NCBI RefSeq assembly: GCF_902713615.1 | Contig: NC_052158.1 | Span: 144,567,862 to 144,631,861, forward strand | DNA: 64,000 nucleotides | Reading direction: 5' to 3' | From: Scyliorhinus canicula | Lineage: Eukaryota | In this document: piece by piece, positions 37,501 through 49,800 of the stretch | How the letters are laid out: every line of letters begins with the position of its first letter | Position numbering within the stretch: position 1 is the stretch's first letter | Notes under the pieces: model-generated | The model's database searches: none | What the model saw: only the letters and a program-made list of their open reading frames with translations | Told to the model about the DNA's origin: nothing | Translations under genes and position numbers: made by a program

Positions 37501-39766
37501 TATTTAAAAATAACTGATATAGACAGCACGAATAGAGAAGGGAACTTCAAATTCAGTGAAGACTAAAGTCTTCTGATTCCCTCTTCTCAATATTTTCTGT
37601 TCCACACGGCTTGTTGACCCATTCCAGATGACAAACAAGGTTATGCCATCACTCAGCAAGAAGTTTGGCCTGCAGAGCCGACCCTCATATTCAAGCTTGG
37701 AGCTGTGGTTTCCTTCCATCTGTCTCTTGGGCAACCTCTGAGGAACATGAAGGAGGGGTGAAGCTCCCTAGGACTTCCTCTGTGTCATTGCTGTAACCTG
37801 TGGAGGTTCTGCGACATTCACAAGTCTAAATGAGGCTTCAGTCTAAATGAGGTTTAGCTCAGGTGGCTGGACAGCTGGTTTACGATGCAAAAGAATGCCA
37901 ACAGCGCGGGTTCAATTCCCATACCAGCTGAGGTTATTTATGAAGGCTTAACCTTGACCCTCGCCTGAGGTTGAATCACCACCAATCAGCACTCCCCCTC
38001 AAAGGGGAAAGCAGCTTATGGTCATCTGGGACTATGGTGACTTTACTTACTTGTCAAAGTCAGATTTCAGAATGATATTACGATGGTGGAGGAGGCAAAG
38101 CTCCAAATCAGCCCCAATGGGTGAAGATTGCTGTTCTTACAGGACTCCATTAGACAATGAAAAGAAAAGAAAAACTACTTACCAGTCACTTACCAGGGTT
38201 AAAAAGCACCTCCTCACACTCTGCACCGAATTACCTCACTGCACCAAATTACCAACTAAATTGCAATCCCACTCTAGATGAGTCTCACTCAGGATGTGTC
38301 TCCTTGAAAAGCGCTAGCTTACTGAGTGCGCTCTCTGTCTGTCTTTTATGCAGACCTCAGCTAATCGATGACTCAAAAAATACCTAAACTTCAAAGAGAA
38401 GAATACAATGTGCCCCTAAACAGGCCTCAGGTGATTGACAGATAACTGCCACTCAGCAATTAGGGTGGGGGCAGCTTAAACCAATCAGACACTAAGCTAC
38501 ACACTGCACTTTTAACTGAAAAACAGCAGAATTTGATTTTCCACTTACCTTTCCTGATTACCTCACTGCACCAAATTACCAAGTAAGTTGCAATCCCACT
38601 CTAGATGAGTCTCACTCAGGATGTGTCTCCTTGAAAAGCGCTAGCTTTTGCTATGAATTTGCATTTACAACCCGGCGGAATTTTACAAGGAATTCGCGAC
38701 GGACCTGGCACCACATCTGTTGTGGGCGCATAATGAAGCACTGGAGAAGGGGGAGTTGTCGGAGATGATGACGAAGGCAGTAATCACACTAATCACAAAA
38801 AATGGGAATGATCCAGTGGAATGTGGGTCGTATAGGCCCATATCACTATTGAACACGGAAGTGAAAGTATTGGCGAAGTTATTGACGGGGAGGATGGAGG
38901 ACTGTGTCCGGGGGTAGTTGCAGAAGATCAGACAGGCTTCGTGAAGGACAGGCAGCTCGCGGGTAATATAAGAAGGCCGTTGAATATGGTGATGAATCCG
39001 TTGGGGGCTCTGGTGGTGGTGTCCATGGACACGGAGAAGGCATTTGATCGGGTGAAGTGGCGGTACTTATTCAAGGTTTTGGGAAGGTTTGGGTTTGGGC
39101 TGTGATTTGTGGCATGGATATGGTTGCTGTATGTGGCACCAAGGGCGAGGGTGAGGATGTATGATATGAGCTACAAAGCTTTGACTTACACAGGGGTATG
39201 AAACAGTGGTACCCAATGTCACCGTTGCTGTGTGCGCTGGCCATAGAGCCATTGGCTCTCAGAGGGTCAGCGGAGTGGCGGGGGATTATGAGGGTGCAGA
39301 GGGATTTTGGGTGTCGCTCTAAGCTGATGACCTCTTGCTGTATGTTTTGGATATGTTGGAGACCATGGGAAGGATTATGGGCCTGCTGGGGAGATTTGGA
39401 GGACGGCGGGATACAAACTGAATGTAGGGAAAAGCGAGATATTCCCGGTGAATGAGCGGGGACAGCAGGCTAATTTAGCGGGATGCCATTTACGGTAGCG
39501 AGGGATAGGTTTAGGTATTTGGGGATTCAGGTCACGAGGGAATGGATGGGGCTCCATAAGTGGAACTTAACAAAGCTGGTGGAGGAGGCCAGGGAGGATC
39601 TTAGGAGGTGGGATACACTGCACTTAACGCTGGTGGGGAGGGTCCAAGTGGTGAAAATGAATATTCTGCTGAGGTTCTTATTTATCTTTCAGGCTCTCCC
39701 GATCTTTATACCAAAGATCTTTCTTCGGAAAGTGGACATGATCATCTCGGACTTTGTATGGGCGGG

Positions 39767-40636
39767 TGTTGTTCGTTATGGTCTCTCCTTAATTGGCTCT
39801 GTTTATGGCGGTTAATATGGTCGCCGTCCTTAATTCTAATTATGTTTGCTCAAGAGTCGCCAGGTATCTTTCGATACCGCCACAAGGTTCAAAACGGAAT
39901 ACTGATCAAAGACTCGATACACCAGTTAGTAAGTTCAAAATCAATGCTCATTTATTTACACACAGTCAATTATACTCATGCACAAACTCTACCAACTAAA
40001 CTATCACTACTGGCCTATACTTAGCTTCGGGTGCCCACTCAGCCAGAGGAACAATGGCCGTTGTCCGGTTCTGAGGCTGTTGGGATCGAACTTGTATGGA
40101 ATAGGAGCTAGGAGCATCTATCCCGTAGCGTGCGTTGACTTTGGACTTACTTGTTCTGGTGCAGCTGCTAGGCAGGCCTCACGCCGCTGAGAGCCAAGGC
40201 CAAGAAGAACGATTCTCTCTTGGGGGCTTCCTCTTAAACCCCAAAGGGGCTTCGCGAGCTTTTGGGCGGGCCTTGAACTTGGTCCCAATTAATTGGACCA
40301 TATCTTGACCATTGGTATCGATTTCCTCCAATAAGGGGGTGGCTGCCCTGATTGCTGGGCGTGTCCTAGGTGGCCGTTGGCCTGCTTTGTTCTAGCCTCC
40401 ACAGGCGCCGGGGTGTCTGCTTTGGTATTGTTTGCTTAAATGTTTCTCTTTTGTCCCCTGAGATGGCCCATTACTATGCTAATGGCTTTGCAGTACCGGC
40501 CTTGTCTGGGAGCTGCAAACTCCAATCCACAGACAAACCTTGCACCTGCTTGCTTTCTCAGCATTGTCCATTTTTCCCATCATTCTCTGCAAGTGTCCAT
40601 TTTGTAATCGGGACGTGGCCTCCCCAGGTGGCTACA
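39767..40636. mobile_element. Solo LTR (870 bp) nested in an L1
   Basis: TGT...ACA ends, 4-bp TSD CGGG. It interrupts the L1 reading frame right after the FVWAG motif. Confidence 0.75.
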
Positions 40637-41122
40637 CGGGGACGGTGCCAAGGATGGGGAGGACCCTGCTACAGAGGCAGCAGGGAGGGTGGCATTGCCA
40701 AACTTGCTTCATTATTATTGGGTAGCAAATGTGGACAAATTGCGAAGATGGTGGGAAGGAGAAGGGGTAGAGTAGGTTAGGATGGAGGAGGAATCTTGTA
40801 AGGGTCTAGTTTCTGGGCTATGGTGACAGCAGCGTTGCCAATGGCTCCGAGAAGGTATTAAGGGACCCCAGTGGTGCTGTCTTCGGTGAAGGTTTGGAAT
40901 CAGTTGAGGCATTTTAGGGTGAAAGGGATGTTGGTGCTAACACCACTGTGTGGGAATTATGGGTTTGAGCTGGGGGTTGGATAGTGTATACACGAGGTGG
41001 AGGGAAGTGGGGCTGGTCAAGGTGAGAGATTTGTATTTGGAGGAAGGGTTCGCCAGTCTGGAGGAGCTAAGGGAGAGGGTAGAGCTGCTGAGTGGGAGTT
41101 CAGGTGTCTGCAGGTTAGGGAC

Positions 41123-41408
41123 TGTGGTGGTATGATTTGCATAGCTGTCTGCCATTGGTGCAGAACACCGGCTTACCATTGGCCCTGGTCGGTCATGTGC
41201 CTCTCGACCGATTGGTTGAGACCAGTCATGTGACGGCTCTCCGATTGATCGAGAGGCTGAGTTAACCACACCTCCATATCGAGGTATAAATAGTCAGAAC
41301 GCCCGGCGGTCGTCCATTTACTGTAGTCGACCGCAGGGCTAACTTCTAGCTTATTAAAGCCTAACTTTTGTACAGCAACTCGTCTCGCGTTCGATTGATG
41401 GTTCATCA
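41123..41408 (+). mobile_element. Solo LTR (286 bp) nested in an L1
   Basis: TGTGG...TCA ends, 5-bp TSD GGGAC, internal TATAAATA and ATTAAA. Confidence 0.85.
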
Positions 41409-42551
41409 GGGACTTTGCACAAAAGGTCTGGAGGGGGCTACCTAGGTTGCCTGGATACACCCTGCTCGAGCGACTGCTGCTTCCGGATGTGGAAGGGGAT
41501 GCAAATTGGGGATATATACAAGTGTGGGGTAGGGAGGTGAGTGGGTGGTGAAGATCAAGGAGAAATGGGAAGCGGAGTTGGGAGGGGAGATCAATTGGGG
41601 AGTATGGAGTGAGGCATTGCGAACGGTAAACGGGACCTCCTCTTGTGCAAGGATGAGCCTGATACAGTTTAAAGTGGTGCACAGGGTGCATATGACTCGG
41701 GCGGGAATGAGTGGGTTCTTTCAGGGGGTAGAAGATTGGTGTGAGAGGTGTGGGCGGGGGCCAGCGAATCATACGCACATGTTTTGGAGTTGCAAAAAAT
41801 TGGGATGGTTCTGGGCGGGAGTGTTCGCGGTCCTAGCCAGGATTGTGGAGGAGAGAGTGGATCCGGACCGTTTGGTGGCGATATTTGGGGTTTCAGAGAA
41901 GTCGGAGCTCATGGAGAGGAGGAAGGCCGATGTCGTGGCCTTCGCCTCTCTGATTGCACGGCGGCGAATCTTGCTGGAGTGGCGGTCGGCATCACCACCG
42001 GGGGTAGCGGCTTGATTGGGTGCCTGTACGACTTCCTGCAGTGGGAGAAGATAAAGTATGAGTTAAGGGGTTCAGCAGGGGGGTTTGAGAAAAGGCGAGG
42101 GATGTTTGTGACCGTAATCGAGGAGCTGTTCGTCGCAGGGGGGGTGGGGGTGAAAGGGAGAAAAATCTGTAGACTGTATAGTTGATTGTTGGCAAGTACA
42201 TTTCCCGTGGTGTTTATTTGCTGTGACTTGCTTTGATACATGTTTGTAATAAAATAATTTTTTTTTAATGAATTTGCATTTACACAGCATCTCTTAAGCC
42301 CTCAGGACTTATCAAATGTTTACTGCCAAAGGTTACTTTTAATGTATAGTCACCTTTGATTTGCAGTCAAAATGTGGCAACCAATTTGCTTGAGCAGATG
42401 AATAATTAATTAAATTGAAACAGAAAACACTGCACTAAACTCAGCAGGTCTGGCTGCATCTGTGGAGAGGAAACAGTTAACGTTTCGAATCACATGGCTC
42501 CTTCAGAGCTGATGGTAGCTCTGAAGAAGAGTCATTCGGACTTGAAATGTT

Positions 42552-43212
42552 GGGCGAAATTCTCCCAAAGGGAGACAAAGTGCCGACGCCGGAGTGAAAC
42601 CCGGAGTGTTTCACTCCGGCGTCGGAGGCTACTCCTCGACCCCTATTCTCCCACACCCAGGGGGCTAGGAGCGGCGGCGCGTCAATCTCGCGCGCCGGGC
42701 CTTGACGCCCGCGTCAAAGCGGCGCGGCCTGAATGACGCGGCCGGCGGCGCCTAAATGACGTCTTCCCCTCCGCTGCCCCGCAAGACATGGAGGATTGAT
42801 CTTGCGGGGCGGCGGAGGGAAAAGAGTGCGTCTTTCAGAGACGCTGGCCCAACGATCGGTGGGCACTGATCGCAGGCCTGACCCCTCCTGAGCATGTCCC
42901 TGGTGCTCGATCCTCCCTCCGCCCCCCCCACAGGCCCCAAATGCAGCGGTCGAGCAATTTTCACGCCGGCAGCGATCAGGTGTGGTTGGCGCCGGCGTGA
43001 ACCGGTCGGATTGAGCAGGCCGCTCGGCCAATCCGGGCCGGAGAATCGCCGCTCGACTGGAGCGGCGATTCTCTGAGCGGCCTGTCGCAAAACGTGACAT
43101 GCCATTTTGGGGGGGTGGGAGAATCGCGTGGGGGTGCCCGGGCGGCGTGGCGTGACTCACCCGGCATTCCCGCGATTCTCCCACTCGGGGTGGGGGTCGT
43201 AGAATCGCGCCC
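42552..43212. mobile_element. Harbinger-type MITE inserted in an older repeat
   Basis: TIRs GGGCGAAATTCT / AGAATCGCGCCC with 3-bp TSD GTT. The flanks rejoin as gaaatGTTaactctg. Confidence 0.85.
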
Positions 43213-43662
43213 GTTAACTCTGTTCCGCTCCCCACAGACACTGCCAGACCTGCCGGGTTTTTCCAACATTTTCTAATTTTATTTCAGATTTCCAGCACCT
43301 GCAGTATTTTGCTTTTACCTCGGAAGTGATCAATTAAGCAATTTTGGTGGTGTTGGTTCAGGGGTGAATGTTGTCCAGCACTCTGGTTCCAGTTGTTCTC
43401 CATGGTTTCCTTTATGCCTCATTCACAGGCAAGTGAGCCCTCAACGTATCCTCTCACCTGACAACAGCACCTCCAACAAGGCAGAGCTGCCTCAGTACTG
43501 CACTGCAGTCACAGTCTTGATTAACATTCCAAACTTCCTTGGGATTCCACAGAATTATTACAGCACTTTGGAGGCCATTTCTCCATTGAGTCTGCACCAG
43601 CTCTCCGAATGAGCATCATGGCTTAATGAATGCCTTGTTTTTTCCCCATACCCCTGAACATT

Positions 43663-44287
43663 GGCCGGGATTCTCCCCTACCCGGCGGGGCGGGGGGTCC
43701 CGGCGTGTCGGAGTGGCGTGAACCACTCCGGCGTCGGCCCGCCCCAAAGGTGCGGAAGTCTCCACACCTTTCGGGGCCAAGCCCTCAAATTGAGGGGCTA
43801 GGACCGAGCCGGAGTGGTTCCCACTCTGCCAGCTGGCATGAACGGCCTTTGGTGCCACGCCAGCCGGGGCCGAAAGAACTTCACCGGCCGGCGTTAGTCC
43901 GCGCATGCGCCGGAGCATCAGCGGCTGCTGACGTCATACCGGCGCATGCGCAGAGGAGGGGGTCTCTTCCGCCTCCACCATGGTGAAGACCATGGCGAAG
44001 GCGGAAGAAAAAGAGTGCCCCCGCGGCACAGGCCCGCCCGCCGATCGATAGGCCCCGAATGCGGACCAGGCCACCATGGGGGCACTCCCCGCGCCCACCC
44101 CCCCAGACCCTGGAGCCTGCCCGCGCCGCCAACCCCGCCGGTTTGGTAAGTGGTTTAATGCATGCCGGCGGGAGAGGCCTGTCAGCGGCGGGACTTCGGC
44201 CCATCGATCGGTGCGGTGCGATTCCCGCCCCCGCCGAATCTCGGGGAGCGGAGAATTCGGGACACGGTGGGGGCGGGATTGACGCCC
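43663..44287. mobile_element. Harbinger-type MITE, right end internally deleted
   Basis: Begins GGCCGGGATTCTCC, ends CGCCC, flanked by ATT on both sides. Confidence 0.75.
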
Positions 44288-45275
44288 ATTGTTTCTATTC
44301 AAGTAATCATCGAATGTCCTCTTGAACAAAGTCCTGCAGAAGAGATTATTGTGCAAAATTAAAGCGCATGGGATTGGGGGGAGTGTGTTGAGGTGGATAG
44401 CAAACTGGTTGGTAGAGAGGATACAAAGAATAGGAAATAATGGGCCCTTTCAAATTGGCAGGCACTAACTAGTGGGGCGCTCAGGGATCAGTGCTGGGAC
44501 CCCAGCTATTCACAATATATATTAATGATTTGGATGAGGGAACAAAATGTGACACCTCAAAGTTTGCAAATGATACCAAGTTGGGTGGGAGGGAGAACTG
44601 TGGTGAGGATGCAGGGATCCTACAGCATGATCTGGACAGGTTGGGCAAGTGGGCAAATCAATGGCAGATGCAGTATAATTTGGATACTAGGGGCTGGTTA
44701 GCACACTGGGCTAAATCGCTGGCTTTTAAAGCAGACCAAGGCAGGCCAGCAGCATGGTCCAATTCCCGTACCAGCCTCCCAAACAGGCGCCGGAATATGG
44801 TGACTAGAGGCTTTTTAAAGTAACTTAATTGAAGCCAGACAGAGTGTGTGTACTGTTGATCTCTCTTGATCATTTGGTGAATTCAGAATTATAAATGTTC
44901 TCAATAGTAAATATATATCTAATGTGCTTCTGTTCAAAGGTGTTTCTTTTGTCTTCTGGATGTTGTTTGGGAAGTTATTAAGGATTACTTAGTGTTGTAG
45001 TCTTTGGAGGTTGTATTTGAATTGATGGTTGCTAGGATGTTCACTGTATGTTTTAAAAAGGTGAACTTGAGTTCATAAAATAAACATTGTTTTGCTTTAA
45101 AAAATACTTTTCCATTTCTGCTCTACCACACCTGTAGAGTGGACCGTGTGCTCCCCATACCACAATCTATTAAAAGTTGTGGGTCAGGTGAACTCCATGA
45201 TACACTTTGGGGTTCTCTAAACTCTGGCTCATAACAATTCCCTTTCTTTCTGTCCACGACATCCTTGTCAATCTC

Positions 45276-46772
45276 AAAAACCAGGGGAGGGTTAGCCCTC
45301 CCGAATCTACAATTCTACCACTGGGCAGCAACAGCCGAGCGAGTAAGGGGATGGATCCAGGAGCCAGAAGCTGAGTGGGTGCATGCGGAGGAGGCCTCCT
45401 GCATGGGAACCTCCCTCCGGGCCCTCGCCACGGCAGCACTCCCATCCCCACCCAAAAAACACTCCAGCAGCCCAGTGGTGACAGCCACCCTCCAATCCTG
45501 GAACCAACTGCGGCAGCAACTTGGCCTGACCAAAATGTCGAACAGGGCTCCCATCTGCAACAACCATAGGTTCAAACCAGCACTGACCGACGCCACCTTC
45601 AAAAGGTGGAGGCAGGACGGGGGGACACTGACAGTCAGGGACCTATACACGGACGACAGGATCGCAACACTGGACGAACTGACAGAGAAATTTCAGCTAG
45701 CTGGGGGGAACGAGCTACGGTACCTGCAGCTCAAAAACTTCCTACGAAAGGAGACAAGGACGTACCCACAACCGCCACGACAGACACTACTGGAAGACCT
45801 ACTGGACGCAAGTATCCTAGAGAAAGGGAACTGTAGTGACATGTATGACCGACTGGTAGATAGGGACGACACCGTACTGGACGCAACAAGGAGGAAATGG
45901 GAGGACGACCTGGGGATGGAGATCGGGTGGGGACTCTGGAGCGAAGCACTGCATAGGGTCAACTCCACCTCCACGTGCGCAAGGCTCAGCCTGACGCAAC
46001 TAAAAGTGGTACATAGAGCCCACTTAACAAGAACCCGTATGAGTAGGTTCTTCCCGGAGGTGGAAGACAGATGTGAACGGTGCCAAAGAGGCCCGGCCAA
46101 CCACGCCCACATGTTCTGGTCTTGCCCCAGACTCGTGGAGTACTGGACAGCCTTCTTCGAGGTAATGTCCAAAGTGGTGGGAGTGAGGGTGGAGCCATGC
46201 CCGATAGTGGCGGTCTTCGGGGTTTCAGAACAGCCAGATCTATTCCTGGGGAGGAGGGCGGATGCCCTTGCCTTTGCCTCCCTGATCGCCCGCCGTAGAA
46301 TCATGTTTGGCTGGCGGTCAGCAGCACCGCCCAGAGCTGCGGACTGGCTGTCCGACCTCTCGGAATCTCTCCAAATGGAGAAAATCAAATTTGCCATCCG
46401 AGGGTCGGACGACGGCTTCCACAGAACGTGGGAGCCATTCATGCAACTGTTCCGGGACCTATTTGTGGCCAATGTACAAGAGGAAGAATAGTCGGGGGAA
46501 GGTAGCGGGAGGGGGGGGGGGGGGGCTACAGGTTCGTTACGGGGGTTCGATGGCTAGCTAAGGCCCAAAACCAAACTAAATAAACATGTTGAGGGGGGGG
46601 GGGGGCGGGCGCAGTTACTACTACGAAGATGCTTACCTGTAAATATGTATGTTAATTTTTGCGTGTTTGTTTTTGTTTGTTTTTTTTTTTGTTTCTCTCT
46701 CCTAACAATTTGTAATTTGTTCAATATAAAATACGAAAACTGAATAAAAACATTTATAAAAAAAAAAAAAAA
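45276..46772 (+). mobile_element. 5'-truncated young L1/Tx1-clade LINE with intact ORF2 C-terminus
   Basis: About 400 uninterrupted codons from GGLALPNL to the CCHC zinc knuckle (CERC...HMFWSC), AATAAA and poly(A) tail, 15-bp TSD ATCCTTGTCAATCTC. Confidence 0.92.
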
Positions 46773-46864
46773 ATCCTTGTCAATCTCCACCTATCGCTGG
46801 CCCCCTATCCAGCCCCAACTCTCCACCTCACCTCCCACTACAGCATAAATCTAATCTTATTACA

Positions 46865-49800
46865 GCAAAGCTGAGTAGCAGCGCACCCACGATGAACTCA
46901 GTGTATACTATGCTCGGTTTGAGCAGGAAACCATCAAACACTGTCGACTGCCCAGCGGACACACTACCATCACAGCTACCAAAGTCAGATCGGCCTTTTT
47001 GAAAGTGAACCCTCGGAAAGTGTACTCAGATCCTGCGTGGATCAATTGGCAGATATGTTCACGGACATCTTCAACCTCACCAAAATCTGCTCCGAAGTTC
47101 CCACCTGCTTCAAGAAGACTACAATCATGCTGGTGCCAAAGAAGAACCAGGCAACGTGCCTCAACATTGTCCAGTGGCCTTGACATATGTCATTATGAAG
47201 TGCTTCGAGAGGTTGGTCATGTGGCACATCAACTCCATACTCCCAGAATGCTTTGATCCACTGCAATTCGCATACCGCCATAACTGGTCCACAGCAGACG
47301 CCATCTTCTTGGCCCTACACTCATCCCTGGAGATTCTTGACAACAAGGATTCCTACAGCAGACTCCTATTCATTGACTACAGCTCCGCCTTCAACACCAT
47401 AAACCCAGCCAAGCTCATATCAAAACTCCTAAACCTCGGACTTGGCTCCTCCCTCTGCAACTGAATCCTAAACTTCCTGACCCATAGACCACAATCAGTA
47501 AGGATAAACAACAACACCTCCTCCACAATAGTCCTCAATACCGGTGCCTCGCAAGGCTGCGTACCTAGCCCCCTACTATATTCCCAGTACAATATTTGGT
47601 TCCAACTCAGACAGAACAAGAGAGCGAGGCAGGTAGTGCAGGAATCTCCTGTGGCTTCCTCTGCAGAACAGATATACCATTTTGGATAGAGTTGAGGGGA
47701 ATGGCCTCTTAGGGGAAAACAGCAACAGCCAAACTTATGGCACCACAATTGGTTCTGCTGCAGAGGGGAGGAGTAATAAGTGTGACAGTGCAATTGTTAT
47801 AGGGGATTTAATTGTAAGGGGAATAGACAGGTGTTTCCGTGGCCGCAAACAAGATTCCAGGATGGTATATTGCCTCCCAGGTGCTGGGGTCAAGGATATC
47901 TCAGAGAGGGCACAGGACGTTCTGGAGAGGGAGGGTGAACAGCCAGTGGTCGTGCTGCAAACGACATAGGTCAAAATTTGATGAGGTCCTAAAAGCAGAA
48001 TGCAGGAAGCGAGGAAGGAAGTTAAGAAATCGGACTTCAAAGGTAGTGATCTCAGGATTATTACCGGTACCACGTGCTAGTCAGAATAGAATTGACAGGA
48101 TATATAGGATTAATACATGGCTGAAGAGATGGCGTCGGGGGAGGGTTTCAGATTCCTGGGGCATTGGGACCGGTTTTGGGGGAGGTGGAACCTGTACAAA
48201 CTAGACGGGTTACATCTGGGCAGGACTGGAACTGATGCCCTTTCTATTTGCTAGAGCGGTTGGGGAGGGCTTAAACTAATATGCCGGGGGGGGGGGGGGG
48301 GGGGGGGGTACCTACGCAAGGAGTCAGAGAAAGAGGGAGCAAGGACAAAAGCAAAGGGTAGAGAAGTGAATACGAAAAGTGATAGATGGAGAAACCAAGG
48401 ACAAAATTCAAACAGGGCAGTAGAGAAAAATATTGGGAGCAAGGCAAGCATTGTGAAAAAGGTAAAATTAAAGACTCTGTGCCTTAATGCACGGAGCATT
48501 TGCAATAAAGTGGATGCACTAATTGCGCAGACAGATATAAATGGGTTTGATATAATTGGGATTACAGAGACATGGCTGCAGGGTGAACATGGATGGGAAC
48601 TGAATGTCCCAGGGTTCTCTGTATTTAGGAAGGGCAGGAATAAAAGAAAAGGTGGTGGCATGGCACTGCTAGTTAAAGAGGAAATTAACACAATAGTGAG
48701 AAAGGATTTGAGCTCTGACAATGTGGAATCTGTATGGGTAGAGTTGAGAAAAACCAAGGGACTAAAAACGTTAGTGGGTGTCATATATAGACCCCCAAAC
48801 TGCACTGGTGAGGTTGGGAATGGCATTTAGAGATGCATGTAATAAGGGAATATCGGTGATCATGGGTGATTTTAATCTTCACATAGATTGGGAAAATCAA
48901 ATTAGCCACAATGCAGTAGAGGAGGAATTCCTGGAGTGTATACGGGATGGTTTTCTTGACCAATAAGTGGAGGAACCAACTAGAGAGCAGGCCATCTTAG
49001 ACTGGGTACTGTGTAATGAGAAGGGATTCATTGCCAATCTGGCTGTACGAAACCCCAGGGGGATGAGCGACCATAACATGATAGAATTTTTTGTCAAGAT
49101 GGAGAGTGAAGTAGTTGATTCGGAGACTAGAGTGCTGAACCTTAATAAAGGGAACTATGAGGATATGAGGCGTGAGTTGGCCTTGATAGATTGGGGAGAG
49201 TTACTTAAAGGGATGGCAGTGGATAGACAATGGTAAACATTCAAGGTACACATGGAGGAACTACAGCAACTGTTCATTCCTGCTGGCACAAAAACAAAGG
49301 GGGTAAGAGGGCCAATCCATGGCTTACAAAGGAAATTAGAAATAGTATCCGATACAAGGAAGAAGCATACAGTTTGCCCAAGAAAAATAATAGGTCTGAG
49401 GATAGGGAGCAGTTTGGAATTCAGCAAAGAAGGACAAAGGGATTGATTAAGAAGGGGAAAGTACAGTACGCAAGGAAGCTTGCAGGGAACATAAGGACTG
49501 ACAGTAAGAGTTTCTACAGATATGTGAAGAGAAAGAGATTGGTGAAGGGAAATGTAGGCCCCCGACAGACAGAAACCGGGGAATGCATAATAAGGGACAA
49601 ATAAATGGTTGAGCAATTGAATACATAATTTGGTTCTGTCTTTAGAAATGAGGACACAAATCAGATCCCAGAAATGTTGGAGAATGAAAGGTTTAGTGAG
49701 AGGGAAGAACTGAGGGAGATCAACATTAGTAGAGAAATGGTGCTGGAAAAACTGATGGGATTGAAGGCGGATACATCCCCAGGGCCTGAGAATCTGCATC

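Larger units (their letters stand above)
38672..42260 (+). mobile_element. Degenerate L1/Tx1-clade LINE (RT to 3' end) with two nested solo LTRs
   Basis: YRPISLLN, EKAFDRV, PMSPLL, FRYLGIQ and CERC...HMFWSC motifs, with stops and frameshifts. Confidence 0.88.

Noticed and set aside
38230-38646. ~90-bp direct repeat about 327 bp apart
   Set aside because: Looks like the internally repetitive 5' region of a LINE. No independent function evident.
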